From Seison nebaliae (Eukaryota): a DNA stretch of 42,168 bases. The stretch lies in contig JALJEE010000226.1 of the NCBI GenBank assembly GCA_023231475.1, positions 62,001 through 104,168 of the forward strand, read 5' to 3'. The notes beneath the pieces are model-generated. The model searched no databases and had not been told where the DNA came from. It saw nothing but the letters and a program-made list of their open reading frames with translations. Below, piece after piece: positions 12,501 through 27,500 of this stretch (position 1 is its first letter; every line of letters begins with the position of its first letter). Made by a program: the position numbers and the translations under genes.

Positions 12501-15500
12501 AATCAATTTCGATCAATCTGATGAGAATTTCGATAATTATAAAAACGTCAATGGAATCGAACCACCGTCAACATCGAAAACGACGATTGCTTATGTGCCC
12601 CTCATTTATGATAAGGAGAATGATTCGATGATCAGTCTCAAACGTTGGTTCCATCGAACGAAAACTTCGGAAATCGACCAATTATTCACACCAGAAAATA
12701 ATTATTTTATTCCTGAAATTTATCGTCAAATTTTAACAGATAATCAATTAATGAATGACAAGTCATTGAATGATATGATCCGAATGAGAATGTTTGATAT
12801 AAATTCGTCGACATTTCGTAACGAGTTCTTAGAAGAATTAACAGAAAAAGATATTAAGAGGAAATTGAATGGAAACGAAATGAAATTATTAAATTATTTT
12901 GTTGATCATTCTCAATCGGAGGAGATGACGGAAGAGAAAGCAAATGAAATATATCAATGGCAACGAGCTACACAATTAGTGGATGATATTTCGTTGTCGG
13001 ATATGCAGAAATATTTCGTCAATTCTCGTTTGCTCAATCTCTTGAATAATTCATCGATGAATTCAAATAATTTGAATTTATCAAAAGCTATCAGTTATCA
13101 AATAATTAATCCGTTTATTCCAAATGAAATTGTTGATTGTCGATGTGAAATTCCGAAGAGAATTCCATTAATAACGGCACTCGATTCCGATTCCATTCTT
13201 ACCACATCAAACGATGAGATTATTTATGATAATTGTTTATCATTCACATCAGCTTGTGCACAAAAATTAATTGGTGTTCCCATGTTAATTGGAAATCTCT
13301 TACAAGAGAAATTGATCGATGAAGATAATTTCGTTCTGATAAATGATCGTCGAGTTAATCTGTCTCATTTGTTACGGAACGGTTTCATTTCCATGGAGAA
13401 AAGACAATTGCAGAGGAGATTGAATAAAAAAAATGAATATTCGAAAGTGTCGTCGTTGAAGGAATTGGATGATGATTTGAATCGAGAATCCTGTCAATTC
13501 CGTTGTGTTGATGGAAAATGGAGAAATGTTTTAGAAGCTTTCCAAAATGAAGATATCGTTTTTTATGTGAGAGGCATTCATGAACATAATCGTCCATTAT
13601 GTGTACGAAATAATCGATTAGATTTAAATTCAAAAGATGGAGAATTGAAATTATCGAATGATGAAAATTTAAATAATTATGAAAAATTATTTATAGAAAA
13701 CGAACAATTCACAATGGACAGAAATGGAAAGAAATGTTCACTAAAGGAGATGATGGAACGGAATTCATTGAAAGTTGAAGATGGAAAATTCTTGATAAAA
13801 ATTGAAAATGATGATGAAAATAAATGGATCGATATTACAGAATATTGTCGTCGTTATGGCAACGATGATAATTTCGTTCGTTCACTTCTACAATTCTATC
13901 CTCATTTCACCAAAACATTAAGACCATTGACGAAGAATGATGTTAATCAGACAACCATCTTCTCATTGAAATCTTTCAAAAATCCACAAATTTCTGATGA
14001 TGAAACACTTCAACGAATTCCAACAGCGACATCATCGTTGCCAGAAATGTATAAAGAGAAAACGAACGATTTTACAATGAATATCGAAGATGCCATACGT
14101 CAGAAACTTTATATACCACAATGGAAATTGATTGATGTGGGAAACGGGAAATATGAACATCTTTCGAAATTAATCGAATCGAATTGTGATTCCATCGAAA
14201 CGACGTCATTACCGATGATGAAATTTCTATATAATCATTCCAATAAAATATTCGTCGATGTGATGAATGGAGAGGAGATGTCACTCGAACAATTATTAGA
14301 TAGAAAAGCGAATGAGAACAAGAAAGAAGTCGATTCAAATGATGATTATATACCAGGAAAATTCGATTCGATTTTAACGGACGAAACGATTTGGAATAAT
14401 AAATTTCATGAAGAATGGATTCTATCGAAACCTCTCAAATTAAGTGAAGTGATGAAATATGATTTGATGGATGAAAAGAAGAAAACGGTGAGACATCCAC
14501 ATACCTTCGACAATCGACAACAACCGTTCGAATTAGCGATATTATTGAAGAATTTGGATGTGTCTGATAATTCCACTTTATATAATCCGAAAACTCGTTC
14601 CACTATCTCATTGTTGGATGGTGTGCACAATGGAATATTGACGAATTTGAAAGGAGGATCTGATAATGAGAAACCATTATCGATTATTGTTGATGATAAT
14701 GGAAAAGAAGAATCATTGAAGAATGCTTGGAAAAAAGGATTAATTCCAATATCAAAACCATTATTATCTGATGTTCGTTTTGATGAGATAACAAATGAAC
14801 CGATCGATCCAACGACAATGAAGTCGAATCCATATCAAACGGTGAAAGCTCATCTCAATTCGAAGATACCTCAACTTCTCTACTTTCCTGATATAGATAC
14901 ATCGGATTATTTGAATTCACAATCATCATTAAGAATTTATGGTAATCCATTAATTGTTCCAACAAAACGATCGACAATTCATCGTCATCCATATCTCATC
15001 TCATTGAACGATGCTGAAGTAGCGAATCTCGTAGATTATGAAGGGAAATTATTATTCGATTATGAAATGGATGATATGGAAATGGATCAACAATTATTTG
15101 AAGCGATTCGAAAGAATCGAGTGAAATTATCCAAAGTTCGATCAATCGATCGAACGAAATTATATGAAAATTTATATTCACCAGAAACACCGTTAACAGT
15201 AAAAGATGAATTATGGAGACGACAACAACAATTCACTTGTAATTTTGATGATAATACAAAACATTTATCAATCGATGAAGCGATTAAATTGAAATTTATC
15301 GATGTTGATAAGAAACTCATCCGTCAAACAACAACAACAGACGATAATGATGATGATTGGATTGGATTTGATGAAGCTGTTCAAAAACAAATTTTACCAG
15401 AAAAATCTTTATTAAAAATATCTCGAACATTGGGAGATATGACGATAATAGAAGGAATCAATTCCGGAATTATCGATCTTCCAAACGGTTTATTATCCGT

Positions 15501-18500
15501 TTTTTCAAATGATAATACTGTCAAATTATACGAAACGATCGAACAAGCCCAATCGGAGAATATCATCAGTTCGGATGTTAAAACGATTTTGAAAGAATTT
15601 CAAATGAATTGTCAATTTCCTAATGAAATCGATTATGATATTAATAAGAATCAATACAAAATTGCATCGGCAGTTGGAGGAAATGTTACTGGTCCGAAAA
15701 TGTTGCCAATTGAAGTTGAGAAGGTGGAGAATTTACCATCAATTAATCCAAATCGATCGACAGATATTCGACGATCGATGGATCGAGTTTCCAGATCATC
15801 ATCGAAACGAAGTTTATTTTCAATGAATGATTCTATGAGATTGACAAGATTATCAGTCGCATCCAAATTACTCAGTCAACAACCATGTGTAGCTGATGGA
15901 AAGAATCATTTCATATCATTTTCTGATGCTGTGGAAAAGAATTTGATTGTGATTGATAAAAATACGAATAATTTAAAATATGATAAATTTGGTGATGGTA
16001 AAAATATGATTTCGTTAAAAGAAGCAATGAAAGAGAATGATATAGAACCGAAATTATTTCATTTGTTAAAAATGAAGACGAATCTTCCAATTTCAACAAA
16101 TAAACTTTTCGATCCAATAAATGAGAATGAGAAGAAATTGATGGACGTGGAAATGGCGATCGGTGCGAAAATTTTGAAATCGACAACACTCGAATTCGAG
16201 TTAGGACAACGATTAAATTATTCGAAGAATGAATGTCGAAAAGTTCCTTGGTTGACGTTGATCGCGAAAGAATGTCCCACCACCACAATTTATGAGAATG
16301 AGAAAAATTATCGGAAAACGGAAAAACTTCCGTTAATTTCCGATTATTTACAATTGGGATTAGTGTCAAAAACGGGACATTTGAAAGATGTGAATTCCGG
16401 TCGTCAATTATCGATAATTGAAGCAGTCGCTTCCAATCTCATCGATATTGATCGAGTCAACGAAGTTTATATGAGGAAATATGATAAACGAGTTCCATTA
16501 TTCGATGCGATTTGTGAGGGAGTAGTAGATGTGAATACAGGAGTGTATCGTGATTATAATGTTCGAACTGATGCAATGTCATTATCCAGTGCTTATGAAC
16601 GATCGTTTATTCGACCATCGAATGATATCGAACGTCGTCGTCTATTAAACGAATGGAAATTTAAACATCCATTTTATGAATTGAGACATTTGTCATTGGA
16701 CGAATTAAAACAAAAGAAATTTGTAGATTTGAATGAGAAATTAATTCGAAAGAAAAATAATGAATTGAAATCGTTTAATGAAATTTTGATGGAAATGACT
16801 TTTCCGGAAATGATGGAGAAAATTGAGGGAAAAGAAATGGAAATTTGTGAGAGACAAGCTGAAATCGTTAACAAATGCGTCAAAGTAAAAGTAAGTGATA
16901 ATCAAATGTATTCGGTGCATGAAGCGATAGAAAACGGTTTATTGCCATTTGAATTTTTAACGGGAGAAAATACGAAAGAAATTTCATTAGATGATAAACT
17001 GAAAAAGAAGTTACTTCATAAAATTTCATTGAATATGGATGAGACTAAATATACGAAACATGGAACACATGAAAAGATGATTTATGATTTATTGATGGAA
17101 AAGGATATTGATTTAAGCAATCTCTCCATACGGAAACAATCAGATGAGAGTACGACAATTTTGGGTGACTATGTCCCATTAAGTGAAGCAGTCAAAACCA
17201 ATTATATGAGTGAAAGAGATGTAGATATCCTCCAATCACTCCAATCATTTATTCAGATTAATCATCATCTCCCGTCAACAGAGAAAAGGAAATCAAATAA
17301 ATTATATACTGCATCTGAAAATCTAGAACGACTCTTCCTCCATTCCCTCCCAGAAGAGGATAAAGAAGAAGAAAAGAAATCGGATGATAGTATAGTGCCA
17401 GTCACTTATGTGTTAGAAGAAGAAAGTGAATTATTGACAGACGACGAACCGAAATCGACAAGAGATTCTCGAATTATGAAATTGGGAGATACTCGAAAAT
17501 TGAAGAGTGTCTCTTTTGATGATATTTCAATTCCTAATTTTTTCATCGATCATCCAAATCTTACTATTGATGAGAATATTCATGTGGTTGATGCGGTTCA
17601 AAAGAATCTCATCAATTTTCAAGATAAAACCGTTCAAGTTAATGGGAAATGTGTGGGATGGTCAGACGCCGTTTTGAAAGGACAAATGGATCCAGTTCTC
17701 TTCTATTTATTACGTGCACCATCTGGTGTGGTTCCACATGATGAATATTCGGATGATGGAGATACTTGTGATGATGAAGAAGATGATGATAATGATGATG
17801 GTTTTGGTGATGGTGAAAAGAAGACGAAATTGAAAAAGATATCAGAAAATTTATCATCTCCAAGTAAATATACGATGAAGAAGAATGAAGATATGACAAT
17901 TGGCGATTTAATTAGTACGAATAAAATCGATATAACCAAAAATAAATTGTCTGGATGTTCGAACGATGTGATTGACCAGATGCAAGTTTATGAAAGTATG
18001 TTACCACAATTACGGAAGATTTCCAACAATATAAATTTAAGACGGAATTCCGAATCGGATACAGACGAACATGTTCGTTTTTCGTCTACATTAAATCATA
18101 TTCCGGTGACGTTAGAGAAAATCGTTCGAGATGGTCTCTATACGGCACCGAAGAATTATTATACTCCGGCATTCATTCAACATCCGACAATTAAGAAGAT
18201 TCAAATGACAATTCCTGAAGCGATATTATTAGGCATTCTACCACATAATACACAATTCGAATTATCTCCAACTTTCCGTTATTCGGCTATTGACAAACCG
18301 TTAAAACAACATCTGACACCGGAAAAAGTGATGTTAGACAAATATTTGAATAATCAACTCACATCTAAAGATCGACAACCATTAAATCATCCTCTTCTAC
18401 CAGAAGTTCAACCAGTGGAACCGTTGAAAGTCGTCGAACATAAACCATACACAACCATCAGAGATAATTATGATGATTTCGAAGTCTCCTCCAATCTGAG

Positions 18501-21500
18501 TACATCAGCGAATGAGAATGAAAATATTAGTCATCATCATCATCCGACTAATGACAATATTCCATCATCGAGGAAATCACACGATAATAAACAACATCGT
18601 ATTCATCAGAATAAAATACCGGAAAATCAGAAGAATTTTGTTGAGATTGATCTCTCACGAGTACCCGAATCAGAATTGGTCGTCACTCACTTCCCAAATG
18701 ATGATGGATCACCTTATCAGTTCCCAATGAAATTGGAAGATGCAATTCTCAGTGATTTATATGTTGCTCCTACCACTACTAATCCTCCACTAATTCATCA
18801 TCCGTCTGATGGAGAGAAGAATTTGATGAGTTTATTCGAAGCAGTTGAAAAGGGCATTCTCGATCCCGAATCATCAGTAGAGAAGTTACCGGATTTCCAA
18901 TACAATCCATTAGATAAGCCGAAAGCGGAATATATAACATTTAGACAATTGATGACGAACACTCCGAAGAAGTACACGTCAGTCAAAGTATTATTTCCAA
19001 CGAAGAAAGATGTTGAGAAATTGAAGAAAAAGAAAAAAATAAAAGAGGAGGAAGAGAAGAAGAAGAAGAAAATGGAAGAAGAGAAAGAAGAAGTAGTCAA
19101 GGATAATAAAAATGATGTTACATCGAAGTTAGAGAAGATTCTCGATGATGGAGAGATGAAGGAAATAAAAGATATTAATGATGTTGAAGGAACTAATGGG
19201 AATGAAAATAATTTAGTTGCTGCTGTTGCTGCCGTTACTGCTGTTGCTGCCGATGCTCCTCGAGATGGAAGAAGTCCATCCAACACAACAAATTCATTAG
19301 TGGAGGAAGAGAAAAAAAAGAATATTAGTCAGCCTTCTCAATTCACTCAAAATCGAACTAATATGACAGCAACTTCATTTCCTCCAATCAATGCAACTCG
19401 ACAACAAGACAAATCATCGATAGATGACAAACCATCGAAAGATGACGATGGAACAGCAACAATCGAAGGAACATTAGATGAGTCGAACAAAGATCTAATC
19501 AATTCACCGATTATTTCGTTCGTTCAGACACAATCATCGAAATCGCCTCATATCCTCGAACCGAGTAACAATTCCGCTTCTTTTCCTATTTTCCAACAAC
19601 AATCGATCAATTCATCGTTCAATGACAATAAATTAATGAAAAATGGAAATAATCATACACCATCCATGAATGATGATAATATGAAGAATATGTCGCCTAC
19701 ATCTAGTCATGAGAATAAGAAGGACATATTGGAACAATTCGACCCTGAACAGTCGAGAGAAAACTCGATTATTATTCCATCATCTGAACATCTAATAACA
19801 TCTGCACAAAAAGATAATGACTCAAATATTCATTTCCCTCCTAAACAAATATTCATTCATCAGCAATTTAATACTGATCTTTCCTATCATCATCATCAAA
19901 TCAGTAAACCATCTCTCACTCCTCAAGACAAAAATTGTAGTGAATTGAACAAAAAGGACAACTCACTTCTCATTTCAACACCATCGAACTTCGATGAAGA
20001 AAACAGAGAAAAGATTATTGATGAAATTAGAGATAAGGGAGTCGATGATAAGAGAATAGTATCATCCACTAATGGTTATGATGATTATGATGATGTTAAG
20101 TTTAATCCATCAAATAAACATCAAGAATCAATTTATAAAGATGACTGTGGCAATTATGTTATTATCGTTTCCTCTCCACGTACGAACAATGAAACTTCGC
20201 CAAGTAACGTTATAACAACAATTAACGATAATTCAAATTCATCGGAAAGAAAACGTTTTGATGACAAATCGCCAATTAATTTGAAAGACAAATCGCCATA
20301 CAATAACGATCCACCAAATAATTTCCCAGAGAAACCGTCAACCAATTTAGAAGAAAGACCATCAAATAATTTCGAAGACAAATCTCCTAATAATTTCCAG
20401 GAAAAACCATCAAATAATAGTTTCACAGAAAAATCACCAAATAATTTAGAAGAACTTTCAAATTATTTCACGGAAATACCATCGAACAATTTTCAAGACA
20501 AATCTCCAAAAAGGTTCGAGGAAAAACCATCAAATAATTTAGAAGAGAAACCCTCAAATAGTTTAGAAAAACCGTCAAACAATATAAAAGACCAATCTCC
20601 AAATAATTTCCAAGATATACCCGCGAATTATTTAGAACAAAAATCTCCAAAAAATTTCGAGGAAAAACCATCAAATAATTTAGAAGAGAATCCGTCAAAT
20701 AATTTAGAAGAGAAACCATCAAATAATTTAGAAGAGAATCCGTCAAATAATTTCGAGGAAAAACCATCAAATAATTTAGAAGAGAATCCGTCAAATAATT
20801 TAGAAGAGAAACCATCAAACAATATAAAAGACGAATCTCCAAATAATTTCCAGAATATATCATCGAATAATCAAGAAGAGAAACCATCAAAGGATTTGGA
20901 AAAACCATCAAATAATTTCCAGGAAAAACCATCAAATAATTTCCAGGAAATACCATCGAATAATTTAGAGAACAAATCTCCAAATAATTATGAGGGAGGA
21001 GAATCGTCAAATAAACTAGAAGAGAAACTGTCAGATAAATTAAAATCTCCAAATAAATCTCAGGAAATCGATGAAGAGAGACGAATATTAGTCGACAATT
21101 CAATAAATAATCTCGTTGATGATCCGTCCAAAGTTCTCGAGAAATTATCATCGAATACCAATCGAGAAATGACAGTGACAAATAATAGTCCGTCTATCAT
21201 TCGAAAGAAAGGGGAAGTGATAGATGGTTCAATCGATAAAAAAGATTTTGATCGAATGAATAATTTGTCTAACAATAAATTGATGGAAGAGAATTTGAAG
21301 AGATTGGAAGAGAGTAAGAAGGAAATTCTCTTTCCCACACTTGACAAAAAGAGTGAAGGTCGAAACATATCGAATTTGTTGTTCAATGATTTTGAAGAGG
21401 AAGCATCGATGAGAGAAGAAGATAAGAAATATTATCAGATTCTTGACAAATTAACGACAGATGAAGGCATTCCTACTCACTATCGGAAGTTATCAGAAAT

Positions 21501-24500
21501 ATTACCCGAAGAGACGTCGCCTGAGACGTTGGGAACGATTGATGATGACGTTTTATGTACAAAAATGTATCGATTACCGTCGTACGATGAATTGATAATT
21601 GAGAAGAATAATTTCAATATTGACAATGAAGAAATTCGACATCAACGAGAGTTGTTGAAAGAGAGAGATGTCGATCCAACTACTACTCCCATCGACTTCT
21701 TCTATTCGATTGTTACCGACAAAAATGATCAACCGAAAACTGATTGGATTACATCAGTGAAGGATACGAATTCTGACGAAAGGCTAACATTAAAATCGGC
21801 ATTAGAATCCGGTGTAATGGACCCAATTGATTTCTCTTATCGTCAAAATACTACAACTTCCCATGGCAACAACGAGCAACAACAACAACAGCAAGGTCAA
21901 CGAGCAACATCGTCAACGATACGAAGTTCATTGTCGTATGAAGAGGCGAAGTGTCGAGAGAAAATCGAGACATTAGAAGAACGACTAAGAATGTTGAAAC
22001 GATTAGATTTACAGAAAAGACAAATGCAATTGTTGACGAAAGAATTGCAAGATTTAATTTATACTATCGTACCATCAGAAACGGTAGATGATAAAGGTGA
22101 GAAAATCTTTATTATTTCTGATGTATTCGATCCGAAACAAGAGAGACATGTCTCAGTGATGGAAGCGAGAAAGAAAGGTCTCCTCAATTTCAATGATATG
22201 TCAAAAGCTTATAATTATGGAGAACATTCATTTCGATCAGCATTACAAAATCATCTCATTTCATCAATAAAAGATTATATCAGAAATCGTTTACGATTGG
22301 CACATTTCCCTCATTTTTCTCCTGAAACAATATCGTCTGCCGAACAATTGGAATTGATAGCACCACCAAAATTCCGATTTCATGTTCTGGGAACATTCTC
22401 CGATTCGAATGATGAACCACAACAAAAAATTCCTGATATTCCATATAATGTGGTGATTTGTGCACCGGATGAACGTCGAACAGAACAATTCTCTGATGGT
22501 TCCGATATCGGATTAGTAGTGAATTTGAGAGATTATCCAACGATGGAAGTGAAGGAAGCGGTGAAGAAAGGTCTCATTCGACAATATCCTCATTATCGTT
22601 ATGTTGATGAAGAGAAGGAAATTAATAAATCATTAATCGATGCAATTAATGATGGAGAATTGATTACACTTCAACGATATTTAGCGAAAACGATTTTTGA
22701 AAAAAATTCGTCCGCATTCGGCACTTCTCATGTCAAAATTGGAACACCTCCTCCAACACCCAAATTTCCATTGAATGAACAAATGGAAGAAAAAAGAGAA
22801 TTATCTGGAATCAAACCAAATGAATTAAATGATGAATTGAATCGATTAGTGAAAGAGAAACGAAATCGTAAACAGAAGAAATCGAAACAAACCATCAATC
22901 CATTAACGATGAATGAACGGTTTAGAAAGAATAGAAATGAATTAAAGAAGGAATTGAAAGATTTCGTTTTTAATATTATTCGATCACCCAAAGATATTTT
23001 CATCATCTCTTATGTCTACGAAGATATCGAACATACGAAATTGTTGAATTTGGAAGAAGCAGTAGAGAAGAAGATTATCAATTTGAAGAAGAGCAGTTAT
23101 TTCGGACGAACACACTCCAAATCACATTCGAATAATTCACCGTTGACTATTCAACATGCTATTAATGCTGGTCATATCGTTAACATTAACGAATATTTTC
23201 ATAAAAGTTTATTGAAAGATATTGAGATGGAATTGGTGGAGAATTATCCGTTTGAAGAGAATTCTTTATCTCACACTTTCACTATTAGTGTTCCTGATAC
23301 ACAATCACAAACTGCTATTCAATATGTTGTTATTCAAGAAAAGAATTTGAATGAAAAGAATAATTTGAATACTTATTTAATTACCGGTGTGAGAATTGAT
23401 GCAGATAATGATGATTCCATTTATCTCGCTCCCACCAGTAAATTATTTAATGATTTGGTGAAATGTGAGGAGTCGACAGGATATTATTATCTCCCGAAAA
23501 ATCAATCGATAAATGAAGCCATTTCAAACGGAAATATGATGACCTTACAACAGTCGTCGATGATCTTGAGAGGTAATCGAACATTGAGCGAAGTGAACAA
23601 AGAATCAATGAAGCGATTAATTGACGATGATCTGAATGAAATTTTCGCGACTTATCCTCCATTTCCTTATGAGAAGAATGAAAACATTCATCTATTAAAT
23701 TCTTACATTAATGACGACGGAAGAATGTTATCGATCGAACAAGCGATGAAAGAAGACAAAATTCGTTTTAACGAAAAATCTTATGAACCTGTAATATTTG
23801 ATGGTGATGATAACGGAAATTACATCACGGTAATTGACGCGATTGAGAAAGGAATCATTTTAGAAATGAAATCATTCACTTCTCAACAATTGGAATGTTT
23901 AGAGAAGAAATATGAGAATAATTCAAAAATATTGAAGGAATTAATTGAATTGAAGAATGAAGGAAATGAGTCAAATTCGATGAATGATGAGAAAATTTTG
24001 AATGAGAAAGAATTGTATGAATATCTTTATCAGAATTTACATTTAATCGAATTGAAACAATTAAATAAGAATTTCCTCATTTGTCCAATGGGCTCGGATG
24101 ATAGAAGATTTTTGACAAGTCTCCGTCATGATCGTCATTCACTTCCTCCTCGAAGAATTTTGGAGAAATCATTAATTGGATTGAATGGAAAGAATGAATC
24201 GATTTATTTGAAGAATAAAAAAACTCTCAACAAATTACGACGAGGTGATGATTACGAAGATATTTATGATTATATGAGAACGCGCTACATCAATGAGAAT
24301 AAGAGTGAGAATATATCGAGTATCATCGATAATTATCCATTATCTGTCGTCCATTTCATCGATCCAACACCATCATCGTCAAACGATAAATCAACTTCGT
24401 CACTTCATACGATAACGACGAACGTATCGTCAGCATCAGATGTTCTCGTATTGATGTATGTGAAGAATGAGAAGGATGATAAAATGAATATCGATGAAGC

Positions 24501-27500
24501 GATTCGAGATAATTATCTCATCAATACCAATCATGAACAAATGAAAAATTCGAAAGTTCTTGATGGAAATGATCTTAGATTGAAAATCAATTCGACGGAA
24601 TCGATCGATTTACGTGACGCCGTTGATCGTGGATTAGCTTGTGATGTTCGAAAATTCATGAATGATGAAATGGAATTAAAGAATAATCATTTGTTCCGAT
24701 CAAAACGACCACAAATCATGAGAATTGGTAATCAAACAATTCCTTATTTCGTTTTCCAGACGAAAGATCAGAAGATTTATCTCATTTCTGATGTGAAAGA
24801 TACGAAGAAAGAAGAATTAGTTTCTAATCTCAATCTTTATAATCTCCCCAAATATTTCTCGACCAAATCGAATTTCTTTATCGATGAATCATCAGGAAAA
24901 AGGATTCCAATGGAACAAGCCATCAATAAAGGTTATGTCATCCAATTGGAAGATATCATCAATTCACTCATTAAAAATAATGATATTGAAAATGATGAAA
25001 TTCCCAAAGATAATTTACCAGAAAATTATAATATTCCACAAATCGAAAAGAATGGAATGGAAATCGATTCTGAAATCGATTCCATATTGTCTGGTGGAGA
25101 TGATATTTATTATGAATTGCCTGTCAGTCCCTCATCGAAACCTCCTCAAATCATCAACATCAATGAAGAAGGAAAAGGTGATAATGTGGTTCATGCGACG
25201 GAATTGAATCCGATTTATTTAGAGATCGAAGAAGATGAATATAAAGAATTGAACATTCAACCAAGTCCCTCATTACTTCATCCAGGATTTGGTACCATTT
25301 GTGAATCGTTATTAAACAAACAAGCACAAGGTCAACATTCGCAAAATTCCAATAGTACAATGGAACAATTATCATCCAGTCCCATTAACATGTCATTATT
25401 GATCGAACAAACGATGGGATCGAAACCGTCGGCGCCGGTTTCTACAAATTTCATGTCGATGCCAATCGTCGATGAGAAGAGTGTCACTCATCAAGTGGCA
25501 TTCGTATTCGATGGACATAAAAGAGAGAAATATTCATGTAAAGATGCAATTCAAAATTCCACAATCGATCCATCAAACGGAACTTATTATAATCATCAAA
25601 CTGGTGAGAAGATGCCGATTAGTATGGCGATCAATCATCATTATATAGTGACGATGGATGAAATTGAATCGAAATGTTCTACTCAATTAAGTGAAATCTC
25701 ACCAAATCATCTCGATATGATCAGTCCACTCAGTTTGGATGATGAGATGAAAATGATGAAATCACCAGAGAGAATTGACGATGAAGAAAAAATAAAAGAC
25801 ATATCAAATAATGAAATGAATAATCAATTTAGTTTAATGAAAAATAGTGAGTCTTTATTAACATCATATACAAATGATTCTAATCGTGATTCAACCATAT
25901 CATTCGACGATGATGATTTGACAGTTTATGATGAAGATAATATTATTATTATTCATAAAGTCATTCTTAATAACGGTATAGAATGTCCACCATTGAAAGC
26001 GACACAATTAGGTATTCTCGATAAAACAACTGGAGAGTATATGGATGAGGAAGAAGGTCTCCGTCTTTCCATCATCGATGCCATCAATGAAGGATTGATT
26101 TATGCGACAATTAATAAGAATGATGAATATAATTCAAAACAGACCACAACAAATTCATTCCAAGAATCGATTATCCAATTTAATGTATTGAGTGTAATAG
26201 ATCCGAGAACGGAGAAAGAGATCGATTATTTGACAGCCAAACGTGAAGGAATTCTTAATACGACGTTAGGTCTTTACAAGAATCCATTAGATTACAATTT
26301 CTCTCCCATCTCCATCAATGAAGCGATGCAACGAGGATTGATTAATGCCGAAGTGATTCGTAGTCAAAAATCATTCGATCTCTTCAGTGCCATCGTCATT
26401 TTCGACGCATTAGTAGAAAGAGTTAAACGAAAATATTCTATCACTACTGTCATTCATCCCAATACGAAGAAACCAATTAGTGGACAAATGGCAGTGAAAG
26501 AAGGAATTTTAGATGTGGAAAATAATTCATTCACCATTTCCAAACATAAACATCTCACCATTCAGGAAGCTGTTGATGAGAAATTTTTAGACGCGACTGT
26601 CGACGAAACGATCGAAAGAAAACCGATGAAATTGTCGTTCCAGAATGCCGTTCTATTGAAGTTATTCCGTCCAGAATATGGAACATTCACCGATTATTTC
26701 AATCAACAATCTATGACATTATATGAAGCGATTGAAAGAGAACATCTCGATAAGAATTCCATCGCCATCGCCTCCTCTCGAATTGGTCCGATGTCGTTAA
26801 TGAAAGCGATCGATCTACGTTTATTTGATCGAGTGACAGGTGGAATTGATAAAAAACGATTTAATGAAATGGACGCTTCAATCATCAACATATCGAATGA
26901 TGTCATGAAATATAATTTCGAAGATACAATCAAATGTGGTTTATTAAATTTGAAAACTGGTCAATTTTATGATATTGAAAATAATCAATCGATATCGGTG
27001 AAAGAAGCAGTCAATAAGAATTTGATTGATGGTACGAGTACCATCATTCAACATCCGATAACGAAGAAAAGATTAACATTAAAAAATATAATTCAAACAT
27101 TCGATATTTGTGAAAACGGTGATATCATCGCTTCCGGATCGAATGATATTCGAATGAATTTATCTGACGCACTTTATTCTCATTCACTTTTCAGTGTTTA
27201 TAATCATCTCACTGGTCGCACTTATTTACCAGCTTATGATCGAGAACCATTATTCGAAAGAACAATTCGGAATGGACGATATAACAAAGATTTGACTTTC
27301 ATCTTCACAAAAACGAACGAATGTATGACGATCAGTGAAGCTGTTCAACGAAGTCTCATTCAAAAATCGACCGGTTACATTTGTGTCAATCAGCTTACCC
27401 GAAAATATGTTCCATTGAAACAAGCGATTACTGACGGAGTTGTCATTCTGTTGGGACAGCCGATGATCACTGCAATGAATTTACGTGGACGAGCATTGAA

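Noticed and set aside
20257..21057. CRISPR-like array
   Set aside because: Contiguous in-frame repeats without unique spacers, in a eukaryotic exon.
20154..21386. Antisense ORFs (237, 108, 90 and 64 aa) with periodic sequence
   Set aside because: Shadows of the 24-bp coding repeat on the opposite strand.
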